Shown here: in pieces, positions 30,596 to 41,010 of the stretch
Layout: each line of letters starts with the position of its first letter
Position numbering within the stretch: position 1 is the stretch's first letter
Assembly (NCBI GenBank): GCA_028823475.1
Contig: JAPKBI010000001.1
Location: forward strand, 1 to 47,357
DNA: 47,357 bases
Source: Halioglobus sp.
Lineage (GTDB): Bacteria > Pseudomonadota > Gammaproteobacteria > Pseudomonadales > Halieaceae
Reading direction: 5' to 3'
Program-made: the position numbers and the translations under genes
The notes under the pieces: model-generated
Told to the model about the DNA's origin: nothing
The model's input: the letters and a program-made list of their open reading frames with translations, nothing else
Database searches by the model: none

Positions 30596-32731
30596 GTGCG
30601 CAATCCCAAAATTCTAGTAATAGTTATTATCGTATTCGCCCTCAGTGCCTGGTGGTTCTTCGATCTGTCCAGCTATCTGGAGCTTGAAACCCTGCAGCAA
30701 GGCATCGGTGGTCTGCGCGAGTGGTGCGGGAACAACCCGTTGTTAGCGGGCCTGATATTTTTTGCGGGCTATATTGTTGTCACGTCTCTGTCGTTGCCCG
30801 GTTCAGCCGTGATGACATTGGCGGGCGGCGCCCTTTTCGGCTTCTGGTATGCAATGCTGTTGGTGTCATTTGCCAGTAGTATCGGGGCGACTTTGGCTTT
30901 CCTTGTTTCGCGACTGCTGTTGAGGGACTGGGTTCAGCAGCGCTTTAGCCGGCATCTGGGCGCGTTAAACAGAGGTTTTGAAAAAGACGGCGCCTTCTAT
31001 CTATTTTCTCTTCGACTGGTGCCAATCTTTCCGTTTTTTATGATCAATTTACTGATGGGTTTGCTGCCGATTCGCACCTGGCCTTTTTACTGGGTGTCGC
31101 AGCTGGGTATGTTGCCGGCTACGGTGGTGTTCGTAAATGCAGGGACACAATTAGGCCAGTTAGAGTCGCTTTACGGAATAATTTCTGTGCCGCTATTGGG
31201 TTCCTTTGCCCTGTTGGCGCTATTTCCTTTTATTGCCAAGTGGTTACTTGCGGCTCTAAAGCCTCGGCTGATTCTGGCAGCCTATCCCAAACCAAAACAG
31301 TTCGATAATAACTTGATTGTGATTGGAGCCGGCTCGGGGGGTCTAGTCGCTGCGCTTATTGCAGCGACTGTAAAGGCGAAAGTTACCCTGATTGAGCGTC
31401 ACCAGATGGGTGGTGACTGCCTGAATACCGGCTGCGTGCCCAGCAAGGCTCTGATTCGCTCTGCGCGCATTGCGCAATATGCGCGGCGGGCAGAAGAATT
31501 TGGGTTGGCTCCGATGTCGGTAGAGGTGAATTTCCCCAAGGTGATGCAGCGTGTGCAGAATATTATTAAGACGATCGAACCACATGATTCGGTGGAGCGA
31601 TTCACCGAGTTAGGCGTGAGCTGTGTTCAGGGTGATGCAAAAATTCTCTCGCCGTGGGAGGTGGAAGTCAATGGACAGACGCTGACGGCGAAAAATATTG
31701 TGATAGCCACAGGTGCCCGCCCCAGAGTTCCTGATATTCCTGGTCTTGCCGCGCTTGATTACCTGACGTCAGATACGGTGTGGGATATTAGGGACTTGCC
31801 CGAACGCCTGCTGGTAGTGGGAGCGGGGCCCATCGGTTGTGAGTTGGCGCAATCATTTGCTCGGCTGGGCAGCAAAGTCACGCTGGTGACCCATGCTGAT
31901 CGACTGCTGCCTCGTGAAGATCCGGAGGTTTCTGAACGGGTACACGCAGAATTTCGGCGACAGCATGTAAAGGTGCATGCGAACTATAACCCGCTATTTT
32001 TTGGGGCCGCTGAGTCCGAGCAGACCTGTGTTTTCAGTACCCCGCGAGGGCAGCGAAAATTGAGTTTTGACCGCGTATTGCTCGCGGTTGGTCGTAGTGC
32101 CAATGTTGAGGGGCTGGGATTGGAAAATCTGGGTATTGCTGTTGGCCCTGAAGGCACGGTTGAAGTGGATGCATTTTTGCGCACCGCTATACCGACTATT
32201 TTTGCCTGTGGAGATGTGGCCGGCCCCTACATGTTTACCCACATGGCGAGCCATCAAGCTTGGTATGCAGCCGTAAATGCATTGTTTGGGCGCTTTCGCA
32301 CGTTCAAGGTGGATTACTCGGTGGTGCCGTGGGCGACATTTACTGACCCCGAGGTGGCGCGTGTTGGCTTGAATGAGGACGAGGCGCGTGCAGCCAATAT
32401 TGACTTTGAGGTAAGCCGCTACGAACTGGCTGAGCTGGACCGCGCCATTGCTGATGGTGAGGCACACGGATTTATTAAAGTGCTGACCGAGCCGGGTCGT
32501 GACCGTATTCTCGGAGCCACTATTGTAGGCTACCACGCCTCGGAATTGATCAATGAATTTGTGTTGGCAATGAAACATGGTTTGGGTCTAGGAAAAATAC
32601 TGGCGACTATCCACATTTACCCGACGCTCAGCGAGGGCAACAAGTTTGTGGCAGGTGAATGGCGTAAGGCGCGCAAGCCGGAAGGACTATTGCGTTGGGT
32701 CGAGCGTTATCATCGATGGAATCGAGGCTGA
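30596..32731 (+). CDS. TVP38/DedA (VTT) membrane domain fused to a pyridine nucleotide-disulfide oxidoreductase
   Basis: N-terminal SLPGS..LRLVPIFPF; GAGSGG, GGDCLNTGCVPSK, GAGPIG, GDV, HIYPTLSE. Confidence 0.92.
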   Translation: MRNPKILVIVIIVFALSAWWFFDLSSYLELETLQQGIGGLREWCGNNPLLAGLIFFAGYIVVTSLSLPGSAVMTLAGGALFGFWYAMLLVSFASSIGATLAFLVSRLLLRDWVQQRFSRHLGALNRGFEKDGAFYLFSLRLVPIFPFFMINLLMGLLPIRTWPFYWVSQLGMLPATVVFVNAGTQLGQLESLYGIISVPLLGSFALLALFPFIAKWLLAALKPRLILAAYPKPKQFDNNLIVIGAGSGGLVAALIAATVKAKVTLIERHQMGGDCLNTGCVPSKALIRSARIAQYARRAEEFGLAPMSVEVNFPKVMQRVQNIIKTIEPHDSVERFTELGVSCVQGDAKILSPWEVEVNGQTLTAKNIVIATGARPRVPDIPGLAALDYLTSDTVWDIRDLPERLLVVGAGPIGCELAQSFARLGSKVTLVTHADRLLPREDPEVSERVHAEFRRQHVKVHANYNPLFFGAAESEQTCVFSTPRGQRKLSFDRVLLAVGRSANVEGLGLENLGIAVGPEGTVEVDAFLRTAIPTIFACGDVAGPYMFTHMASHQAWYAAVNALFGRFRTFKVDYSVVPWATFTDPEVARVGLNEDEARAANIDFEVSRYELAELDRAIADGEAHGFIKVLTEPGRDRILGATIVGYHASELINEFVLAMKHGLGLGKILATIHIYPTLSEGNKFVAGEWRKARKPEGLLRWVERYHRWNRG

Positions 32732-32746
32732 ATGTAGCATCTAATT

Positions 32747-33019
32747 GTGACGGCATTATTGGGCGAGGCATGGCACGTCTATATTGTGAAATGTGCTGAC
32801 GCGACGCTTTATACAGGGGTTACCAAGGATCTCCAGCGCCGTCTTCAGCAACACAATGGCGAACAAACTGGTGGGCCCAAATATACCCGAGGCCGTCGAC
32901 CTGTGTGTTTGATGTGGTCTAAGGAGGCTTCTGATCACGGAGCTGCACTTCAACGCGAAATAGCGATTAAAAAACTCAGTAGAAGAGAAAAACTTCGGTT
33001 GATAGGCAATGCGCTATAA
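32747..33019 (+). CDS. Small GIY-YIG nuclease family protein (YhbQ-like)
   Basis: VYIVKCADATLYTGVT..RRLQQHN..KYTRGRRPV..EIAIKKL. Confidence 0.92.
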   Translation: MTALLGEAWHVYIVKCADATLYTGVTKDLQRRLQQHNGEQTGGPKYTRGRRPVCLMWSKEASDHGAALQREIAIKKLSRREKLRLIGNAL

Positions 33020-33160
33020 CTAAGCCTGCTCCCGATCTACTGCCAGAATAATCTGCTTACGTTAATGAAGATCTCGATGTGTGGTGAAGCCACAGCACTT
33101 TTGATTACATTTTTAATGGGCCGCCACGATAGCTTAAATGTAGTGTCGAGGCCGCTCCAG

Positions 33161-35044
33161 TTATTGTGATAGTTCTTCCAGAACCTGCTGCTGATCGAGC
33201 CAGATTTCATCCAGTTCTTCTGCCCGAACTTTGAGCTCCCCTTCGCGTTTCAGTAGGTCAGCCAGTGCCTGCCTGTGATCTTCCGTGTAGAGATCGTTGT
33301 TTTCAAGCTGCGTGCGCACGTCGTGCATAGCGAGACTGACCTTGGACATGTCAGCTTCGGTTTTATTCAGCTGTTTTTGTAGCGGTTTGAGTTTTTCACG
33401 TAGCGTGGCTGCTTGCTGGCGTTTTTCCTTGCGCGAGGTGTCGGTCGTTCCCGCATCTCGTTTTTCGGTTTGCCTGTAACTGGATAAAATCCAGCGCTCG
33501 TATCCTTCAAGGTCCTCTGTGTATTCCTCGACCTGGCCATCGTGAACCAACAGTAATTCTTCTGCCGTATTACGCAGCATATGGCGGTCGTGGCTTACCA
33601 GTACCAGGGCGCCTTCGTAGGCCTGTAAGGCGACTTCCATGGCGTGGCGCATCTCTAAGTCGAGGTGGTTAGTGGGCTCGTCCAGTATCAACAGGTTGGG
33701 CTTTTGCCAGACCACCATTGCCAGTGCTAGGCGCGCTTTCTCGCCTCCTGAGAAGGGGGCAACGGCGGCGGTGGCGGCATCACCGCGGAAATTGAAACCA
33801 CCCAGAAAATTCAGAATGTCCTGCTCCCGTGCGTCCGGGCTAAGTCGTTGCAGGTGAAGGACTGGGCTGGCCTGCATGTCCAGAGCCTCTAGTTGCTGCT
33901 GATCAAAGTAGCCGATGCTGACATGCTCTCCGACAATGCGCGTGCCACCCAGCAGAGGGAGCTCACCAATGAGGCTTTTCAGCAGAGTGGATTTTCCGGC
34001 ACCGTTTCTGCCTAACAGTCCATAGCGGCTGCCGGGACGTAACTGTATATCCACACCGGACAGCACCGTTACGCCACCGTATCCCAGCATAGCCTCATCC
34101 AGACGCAGCAGGGGGTCGCTGCTTCTCGGTGGTGCAGGAAAACTGAAGTCAAAGGGTGAATCGGCATGGGCCGGGGCCAGAGACTGCATGCGCTCCAGTT
34201 CCTTCAGCCGGCTCTGAGCCTGCTTGGCCTTGGTGGCCTTGTAGCGAAAACGCCGCACGAAATCATCGATCTCGGCGATGCGCCGCTGTTGTTTATCATA
34301 GTTGGCTTGCTGGTTGGCGAGACGTTCAGCGCGCAGCCGTTCGAAGTCGGAGTAATTACCTTTATAAGTGAACAGTTGTTTTTGCTCAATATGCAGGATG
34401 CGTTCGCAGGTGGCATCGATGAAGTCTCGGTCGTGAGAAATCATCAGCAGCGTGCCGCCATATTGTTGCAGCCACTGTTGCAGCCACAGTGTGGCATCTA
34501 GGTCTAGGTGGTTGGTGGGTTCGTCCAGTAACAAGATGTCTGAAGGTGTCATTAGCGCGCGCGCGAGGTTCAGACGTATACGCCATCCGCCGGAAAATTC
34601 GCTGACCGACCTGCCCGCGGCATCTTCGGCGAATCCGAGGCCCTGCAGAAGGCGCTGTGCTCGGCGCTCGGCGCTATAGCCGTCAATTTCCTCCAGCTGG
34701 GTGTGAACGCTAGCAGTTTTATCGAACTCCCCAGCCGCTTCCAGCGCTGCCACTTCGTCATGTAACCGGCCTAACAGCGCATCACCGCGCCAAATGTATT
34801 CTCCTGCAGGCAGCGAGGTCGCGTGAATTTCCTGCGCCATATGCGATAGCCGTAACGTATTCATACCCTCGATGTCGCCAGCATCGGCACCAAGCTCACC
34901 CAGTAATAGTGAGAACAGGCTCGATTTGCCACAGCCATTCGCACCAATCAGCGCCAGTCGCTGTCCGGGTTGTATGGTGGCATTGGCACCTTGCAGCAGC
35001 AGTTTGCTGCCGCGACGAAAGTCTATGTTACGCAGTATGATCAT
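33161..35044 (-). CDS. ABC-F family ATPase (YheS-like)
   Basis: Two ABC domains (GANGCGKS, FSGGW, LLLDEPTNHLD; GRNGAGKS, FSGGE), KATKAKQAQSR linker, no TM segments. Confidence 0.93.
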   Translation of the reverse strand: MIILRNIDFRRGSKLLLQGANATIQPGQRLALIGANGCGKSSLFSLLLGELGADAGDIEGMNTLRLSHMAQEIHATSLPAGEYIWRGDALLGRLHDEVAALEAAGEFDKTASVHTQLEEIDGYSAERRAQRLLQGLGFAEDAAGRSVSEFSGGWRIRLNLARALMTPSDILLLDEPTNHLDLDATLWLQQWLQQYGGTLLMISHDRDFIDATCERILHIEQKQLFTYKGNYSDFERLRAERLANQQANYDKQQRRIAEIDDFVRRFRYKATKAKQAQSRLKELERMQSLAPAHADSPFDFSFPAPPRSSDPLLRLDEAMLGYGGVTVLSGVDIQLRPGSRYGLLGRNGAGKSTLLKSLIGELPLLGGTRIVGEHVSIGYFDQQQLEALDMQASPVLHLQRLSPDAREQDILNFLGGFNFRGDAATAAVAPFSGGEKARLALAMVVWQKPNLLILDEPTNHLDLEMRHAMEVALQAYEGALVLVSHDRHMLRNTAEELLLVHDGQVEEYTEDLEGYERWILSSYRQTEKRDAGTTDTSRKEKRQQAATLREKLKPLQKQLNKTEADMSKVSLAMHDVRTQLENNDLYTEDHRQALADLLKREGELKVRAEELDEIWLDQQQVLEELSQ

Positions 35045-35141
35045 GAGGTTGCGAATTCTACCCCCCGGATCCGCTGCGGGCTAGTGCCCACGGGCACGGT
35101 TGGTGTAAGGTTTATCGCAAGTGCATAAGCGAACTGGTTAC

Positions 35142-35615
35142 ATGATGAGCAACAACCCGCTGTGGGACTACTCTATTGCCACGTACAGTCTGGAAGGGGT
35201 GGCTCCCGCATGCCTTGCGCTGCAGGACATGTTTGGCCTAGATGTGAACGTGTTATTTTATGCGGCGTGGCTGGCACAGCTGGAGCAGCGCCTTAGTCAC
35301 GACCATCTGACTGGGGTGGAGACCCTCATCGCGGATTGGCGGCATGATATGGTCAAACCGTTGCGCGCTATGCGTCAACGATGGCGGCAAACGCCCTATA
35401 CAGCAGGTATTGGTGATGAGATCAAATCCCTGGAGTTGCGCGCAGAACGACAGCAACAGGACACGATGTATGCGTATTACCAGGAGTCTGCTGGATTGTC
35501 CTGGGCAGCCCGGCCTTTGCGTGAAAACTTGGCGCTGGTTGCGTCTTTTTCGGGTCAGGAGGGAGAGGGCCGGTTTGCTGCTTTAGAGCGTTTGGCCCTG
35601 TTGTTCCCGCCATGA
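35142..35615 (+). CDS. TIGR02444/DUF2390 family protein
   Basis: LWDYSIATYSLEGVAPACLALQDMFGLDVNVL, VKPLRAMR, ELRAER; divergent from the ABC-F gene. Confidence 0.85.
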   Translation: MMSNNPLWDYSIATYSLEGVAPACLALQDMFGLDVNVLFYAAWLAQLEQRLSHDHLTGVETLIADWRHDMVKPLRAMRQRWRQTPYTAGIGDEIKSLELRAERQQQDTMYAYYQESAGLSWAARPLRENLALVASFSGQEGEGRFAALERLALLFPP

Positions 35616-35767
35616 GGCAGGGGTAGCGTCTAAGCTTTGCGGGTAGTAAGATAAGCAGTCCGTTGTGCGAGCTCTTGGAACAACTGATGTCGTCTCTAGA
35701 GTCAAACGTCACGATGGTAAGCATATACACAATTCTCACGATTTTTTTGAAGACAATGGGACGAATT

Positions 35768-36568
35768 ATGAAGAAGTATTTACTGCTGTTTACGTTAGCC
35801 AGTCTTGTCGCTCTGCAAGGTTGTAACCAAAAAACACCGGCCGCCGCTGGGGATGAAGCTGTCCCTGCTGCAGATGCTGCTGCTACGCCTGCCTTAGACT
35901 CTGATTTGGCAACATCTGATCAGCGTTTGAGCTACGGCATTGCGTTTGGCCTTGGTCAGCGCATGAAGGCTGACGGTGTGCCCCTAGATACAGGCGCATT
36001 TAGTGCTGGACTGTCTGACGCACTGGCGGGTTCAGAGCCACGTCTGACCGAGGAAGAAATTGCCGCAGAAATGCAGGCTTATCAAGAAAAAGCGCAAGTT
36101 GAGATGGCGGCCGCACAGGCCGAAGCGGGCGCAGCCAACGTCGCATCGTCGGCGGCATTCTTGGCGGCTAATGCAACCAAAGAAGGTGTGGTCGTGACCG
36201 ACTCAGGTCTGCAATACGAGATAATTACTGAAGGCACGGGCCCCATGCCTGGACCAGACGATCAAGTCGAAGTGCACTACCGCGGTACGCTGGTTGATGG
36301 CACAGTGTTTGATTCGTCCATCGACCGTGGCGAGACAGTGACCTTTGGCGTTAGTCAGGTCATTCCCGGTTGGACAGAGGCATTGCAGCTAATGCCTACT
36401 GGCTCCACGTGGCTGTTGGCGATTCCGTCTGAACTGGCCTATGGTGCCGGCGGTGCGGGTCAGGTGATTGGACCCGATTCAGCGTTAATTTTTGAAGTAG
36501 AGCTGATCGCTATTCCCAGTCAAGCAGCAGAAGGATCTGACGCAGCAGAGCCTGCTGCCGAAGGCTAA
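35768..36568 (+). CDS. FKBP-type peptidyl-prolyl isomerase (FkpA/Mip-like), predicted lipoprotein
   Basis: MKKYLLL...LQGC lipobox; SGLQY, VHYRGTLVDGTVFDSS, VIPGWTEALQLM, LIFEVEL. Confidence 0.93.
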   Translation: MKKYLLLFTLASLVALQGCNQKTPAAAGDEAVPAADAAATPALDSDLATSDQRLSYGIAFGLGQRMKADGVPLDTGAFSAGLSDALAGSEPRLTEEEIAAEMQAYQEKAQVEMAAAQAEAGAANVASSAAFLAANATKEGVVVTDSGLQYEIITEGTGPMPGPDDQVEVHYRGTLVDGTVFDSSIDRGETVTFGVSQVIPGWTEALQLMPTGSTWLLAIPSELAYGAGGAGQVIGPDSALIFEVELIAIPSQAAEGSDAAEPAAEG

Positions 36569-36785
36569 GTTAAACCGACTCCGGCGTCTTGGATTTTATC
36601 TGGCGTCGGTGTCGATTGTAAAGACCGGCAATCAGCGGGTCTTCCAGCGTAAAGCGTGACATCACTACCTCTGAAGGGGCTGCGATGTCGCGCTTTAACC
36701 TCTCCAGATATCCTCCAGTACTTTAAATGCTCTGCATCGGCAGTTGCCCACTGATCCCAAACTTGTTCAGAAAGCGGTCAATGTT

Positions 36786-37316
36786 TTACACAGGATAGCG
36801 TCGTACTGTCTGCCACAGACATATCAGAATCGCTGCACAGAATACGGCTAACGTTTGTTCCGGAATACTAAAGCTGAGCAATGACCAGCTGACATTTGCG
36901 CAATTCCCGTCACCGGCAAAAACAATACTTAGCGTGTCCTCGAAAGGCAGGTTTTCTAACATATAATCTAGGCTGGGGCCGCAGGCCGGCACTTGGTCTT
37001 CGGGGAGGTGTTGCAGCCACACATGTCGAGCGGCCACGGCCGCGCCTGCGCACGCGGCCAGTCCACACAGCGCTGCGTATACCCGGCTACCCCAGCCAAG
37101 TGGATTATGCAGGGCTGCGATCAGGGCTATCAAACCCCACGCTACAACAAAGACCCTCTGTGTCATGCACAGGGGACAGGCCTCTAAGTTGAGAAATGCC
37201 TGTAGATAGAGTCGCGCAAACAGCATCGATACCACCGCCAAGAGCACGAGGCCGATAAATACCAGTCGGGGGGAGGGGGCGTATGGCATGGATTCTACAT
37301 TCCTCGCGATGATCAT
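36786..37316 (-). CDS. dsbB: Disulfide bond formation protein DsbB (start may be 37289)
   Basis: CPLCMTQR, second Cys pair ACGP...GNC, four TM segments. Confidence 0.95.
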   Translation of the reverse strand: MIIARNVESMPYAPSPRLVFIGLVLLAVVSMLFARLYLQAFLNLEACPLCMTQRVFVVAWGLIALIAALHNPLGWGSRVYAALCGLAACAGAAVAARHVWLQHLPEDQVPACGPSLDYMLENLPFEDTLSIVFAGDGNCANVSWSLLSFSIPEQTLAVFCAAILICLWQTVRRYPV

Positions 37317-37387
37317 GGCTCAATGGGGGACGTGGCTACACTAGGGGCTTTTTTCTCTCAGCGCAATGGTGGGTCTCGTCGTATGTG

Positions 37388-37972
37388 TTACAGCTGTTTG
37401 GCTTGCGCTTTGGCGTAAGACTGCAACTGCGGGTAGAAATTTAGGAAGGCATGTTCTAGCGCCCCTTTTAGCGGAGAGAGCTCCCGATCTATATCGAGAA
37501 ATGGATTGTGACGTTTGAAACGTTCACCAATACGCGCAGCGGTGGTGGGTACGGTTTCCCATGTGAGATAAAGGTTCAATATGTCGTATTCTTGCAGGCG
37601 TGCCAACATCATGCGGGCGCCATGGCTCAAAGACGCTTCATGTTCCACCAGAGCGCGATAGGTCGCTGTATTAAAGTCTGCTAACGGCATATCAGAAAAC
37701 CGCGACCAGTGCAGACTGAGGTAGTGATCAAAGCTCAGATCAATGAGTATTCCGGCATAGCGGCGCAGGTTGGGAGGGAATTCCCGGCGCAATTGTTGCA
37801 CAAGGCTGTGTCCGTCCGTGTAGGCGTCTATCGCGCGGTGTAATTTTATGCCTCGCTCGACGTCCAAGGGTAGCTCCCCGCGCAGCGGACCTTTGAAATA
37901 GTCTCCTTCCAGTCCTCCGGCAATGAGGCCCGCGTCGGGAGACGCCAGATGGAAGTGGGCGAGGAAGTTCAC
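37388..37972 (-). CDS. acpH: ACP phosphodiesterase
   Basis: MNFLAH, GDYFKG, LHRAIDAYTD, DLSFDHYL. Confidence 0.9.
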   Translation of the reverse strand: MNFLAHFHLASPDAGLIAGGLEGDYFKGPLRGELPLDVERGIKLHRAIDAYTDGHSLVQQLRREFPPNLRRYAGILIDLSFDHYLSLHWSRFSDMPLADFNTATYRALVEHEASLSHGARMMLARLQEYDILNLYLTWETVPTTAARIGERFKRHNPFLDIDRELSPLKGALEHAFLNFYPQLQSYAKAQAKQL

Positions 37973-37983
37973 CGTCAGAGACC

Positions 37984-39570
37984 CTAAAGTCCCTCGTATT
38001 GGCTGAAGAAGTTGTCTAGATAATGCTTGAAGCTGATATCGTCCGACGCTTCGATATTACGCTGGGCCAGTAACGAACGCTGTGCCTCCTCTTCGAAGGC
38101 AATCTGGACATCCGCTGAAAGCGTCCGTTCACGGAAGTATTGTGCCCATTTCTCGCTGTAGGCCATGGCCAGGCGAAAGAAAGGCAACTTTTTGTCGTGC
38201 ATTTCTTTCAGGATACGCGCTGAGGGCGTTAACTCGGGATTTGCTACCTTGCCAAGTTGACAGTCCAGGCTGGCAATGTAGTCACCTGAATTATGTGCCG
38301 TGTCGAGCATTTCGGCAATCGGGCGCATCGCACCGAGCAACGCATTGGCCCACTCGACCATGGGAATGTCATCGCTTCCGTTGTTAAGCTGCAGACTTGG
38401 TTGCCTGCCAGTATTTACCACCGCCTTTAAGTTGGCGTTCTGCACGAGCTGCTCATCATCGTTGCAGGCCGGACTGTCTTGCAGCAGGCAATACAGTAGG
38501 AAGGTATCGAGGGATCGCATTTGCGTATCATCGAGGCCCACGGGAAAGAAAGGGTTGATGTCGACGCTGCGCACCTCGATATATTCGATGCCGGCTCGGA
38601 CTAATGCGCACAACGGAGTTTCTCCTGAGTTTGCCACCCGCTTAGGTCGTATCGAGCTATAAAATTCATTCTCGATTTGCAGCAGGCTGTCATTTAGCTG
38701 CTGGTAGTTGCCCTCCTGGCCAGAGGGGATATCACTGTAAGCCGAATGTTGCTGCTTTATCGCGCTGGACAAGGTATCTACATAATCGTCGAGAGAGTTG
38801 TAGCAGACATTCAAATGTTGCTGGGCGTCGCTGCTGTAGCCAAGATCGCCCATTCTCAACGCTGTGCCATAGGGCAGATAAAGGCTTTTAGCTTGGTCAT
38901 CAAAGGCTTCCATGCCATGGCGATCGAGTCCTCCTAGAAAGCTGGAGCAGACCGCGGGAGATGCGCCGAACAGATAGATTAGCAGCCATGAGTAGCGCCG
39001 AAAATTGCGGATCAGTCCCAGGTAGCGTTCGCTGATATAGTCTGTTCTGTCGCCTGGGCAGCCGGCACTCTCCCAGGCGTGGTCCCAGTATTCCTGTGGC
39101 ATAGAAAAGTTATAGTGAATGCCGGCAATGGCCTGCATGATACGGCCATAGCGGTGACCCAAGCCCGATCGATAAACCGTTTTCATGCGCGCCACATTGG
39201 AGCTGCCGTACTGTGCTACCGGTATGCTTGCGTCACCCGACATGATGCAGGGCATGCTGGCTGACCACAGTATTTCGTCCCCAATTTTTTGATAGACAAA
39301 ACTGTGAATGTCTTCCAGTAATTGCAGGCTGCCTTCCATGCTGGTATTGACCGGGGTAATGAATTCCAGCAGCGCTTCTGAATAATCGGTGGTAATCAAA
39401 GAGTGGGTTAGGGCGGAGCCCAGTCCAGCGGGGTGCGGCGTCTGTGCTAGTGTTCCCTTGGCCTCAATGCGCAGGCTCTCTTTCTCAATGCCGCGTTTGA
39501 TGCCTGTGAGCATACCCTTGGCTTCAGGTTGCCCCAGTGCCTGCAGCTGCGTTTGCAAATGGGAAGACAA
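37984..39570 (-). CDS. gshA: Glutamate-cysteine ligase
   Basis: GIEKESLR, ITTDYSEALLEFIT, GIHYNFS, LQIENEFY; TTG 39570 behind AAGGAG. Confidence 0.97.
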   Translation of the reverse strand: MSSHLQTQLQALGQPEAKGMLTGIKRGIEKESLRIEAKGTLAQTPHPAGLGSALTHSLITTDYSEALLEFITPVNTSMEGSLQLLEDIHSFVYQKIGDEILWSASMPCIMSGDASIPVAQYGSSNVARMKTVYRSGLGHRYGRIMQAIAGIHYNFSMPQEYWDHAWESAGCPGDRTDYISERYLGLIRNFRRYSWLLIYLFGASPAVCSSFLGGLDRHGMEAFDDQAKSLYLPYGTALRMGDLGYSSDAQQHLNVCYNSLDDYVDTLSSAIKQQHSAYSDIPSGQEGNYQQLNDSLLQIENEFYSSIRPKRVANSGETPLCALVRAGIEYIEVRSVDINPFFPVGLDDTQMRSLDTFLLYCLLQDSPACNDDEQLVQNANLKAVVNTGRQPSLQLNNGSDDIPMVEWANALLGAMRPIAEMLDTAHNSGDYIASLDCQLGKVANPELTPSARILKEMHDKKLPFFRLAMAYSEKWAQYFRERTLSADVQIAFEEEAQRSLLAQRNIEASDDISFKHYLDNFFSQYEGL

Positions 39571-39722
39571 TCGGAACTCCTTTTGGTGAATAGGTTTGCA
39601 GACTATCGCAAAGCCGTTTTCGAACAAGCATTCGCTTGTGCGGCTTATATAAGACGGCCGCAAGTGTATCTGCCAAAGTCGACAGAGTACAGTTGCACCG
39701 ATGTTTCTACCTCAACGGTGGC

Positions 39723-40787
39723 TCAGCTAATACGGTCCAAATATTTCTCCAGTAGCTGGCAGGCGAAACTGTTTTGTACTTCACCTTCCTGCCCTGTGGC
39801 CAACATAATGCGGGACATAATGAGTCCAAAACGCATCCCGGCGAAAATTTGGTAGTAGGCGTAGTCTCGGGCTGAAAAGCCAGAGGCTTGCTCCCATTGA
39901 GCAATCGTTTGCTCATAAGTTGGCAGACCTTCCAGGCGCGGCATTCCTAGCCCCTCGGCAAAGGTAGCGTCAAGATAAGTGAACCATGCCAGATCCTGTA
40001 CTGGATTGCCCAGCACCGCCATCTCCCAGTCCAACACTGCAGCGACACCGTCCAGCGACGGTTTGAAGATAATATTACCCAAACGAGCGTCACCCCAGCA
40101 CAGTACGGTCGGTTCTTCCTCTGGTTGATTCGCTTGCAGCCAGTCCAGTGCGCGTTGTCCAATAGCGTGGCCTGCACCTTCCAGCGCCCAGTCCATGTAG
40201 TTTTCCCAGTACACTAATTGCTGTTGCAGCGGTGTCTTTCCCGGGACCAGTAGTTTGCCGAAACCCATTTTCTGGTAGTCCAGTTGATGATAGTGCGCCA
40301 TGGTGTCCACTGATATACGCCAGAGATGTTGACGTTGTTCTATACTGGTTTCATGCATCATCCAGCCATCCATGTTGTAAGGGGGCATGTCGGTGGGGAT
40401 GCGACCCTCCGTCCGTTTCATTAAGTAGAACTGTACGCCCAACAAAGACTTGTCTGTTTCCAGCCCGCACAATTCTGGCACGGGTATGTCGCTGCATCGC
40501 CCGACAGCGTCCATCACCTCATACTGTAGGCTCAAGTCGTAGTCCGGAAATACCGGGCGCTCAATTGCCGGCTGTAGTCTTGCCACCAGCGGTTCAGTGC
40601 ATTGTTGTCCGTCTTCGTCCCACGTTATGTCAAACAAAAGTGTGACATTGGACATGCCGGTGGCCTCCGGAATAGAAAGTTCCTCGATGCGGACGTCTCG
40701 TCCCTGATTCGATGAAATCCAGGACTCCAGCTTTCGACGAGTGCCATCGATATCTTCTATCAGCGGCGTTGGGCGGGCGTTATCCAC
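39723..40787 (-). CDS. APH/choline-kinase-like phosphotransferase family protein
   Basis: GMSNVT, CWGDARLGN, LDWEM, DLAW. Confidence 0.88.
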   Translation of the reverse strand: MDNARPTPLIEDIDGTRRKLESWISSNQGRDVRIEELSIPEATGMSNVTLLFDITWDEDGQQCTEPLVARLQPAIERPVFPDYDLSLQYEVMDAVGRCSDIPVPELCGLETDKSLLGVQFYLMKRTEGRIPTDMPPYNMDGWMMHETSIEQRQHLWRISVDTMAHYHQLDYQKMGFGKLLVPGKTPLQQQLVYWENYMDWALEGAGHAIGQRALDWLQANQPEEEPTVLCWGDARLGNIIFKPSLDGVAAVLDWEMAVLGNPVQDLAWFTYLDATFAEGLGMPRLEGLPTYEQTIAQWEQASGFSARDYAYYQIFAGMRFGLIMSRIMLATGQEGEVQNSFACQLLEKYLDRIS

Positions 40788-41010
40788 GGGTTAGCTCCTG
40801 AGTTTTGGCGATTGACAATTTGATAGAATACTTGCGATCAGCATTTATGGCTACTATGCCGTTGATGACGGGGAAGATAGAAAGATCGCTGCATAAGTGA
40901 CCTCCAGCGAGATCGTTTAACGCGACTAAATGGCAGAAATTACTTAGAAAATTATAGATCAGATTCAGTATGCTGTCCCTTAGCGTGCGCTGCATGAATG
41001 GAGCGATTTT

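Noticed and set aside
32747-33019. GIY-YIG gene as a homing endonuclease or defence nuclease
   Set aside because: Typical ~90 aa stand-alone YhbQ-like protein in a housekeeping context.
39723-40787. Aminoglycoside resistance gene
   Set aside because: The WGDARLGN/LDWEM pattern fits the broad metabolic APH-like family; there is no mobile context.
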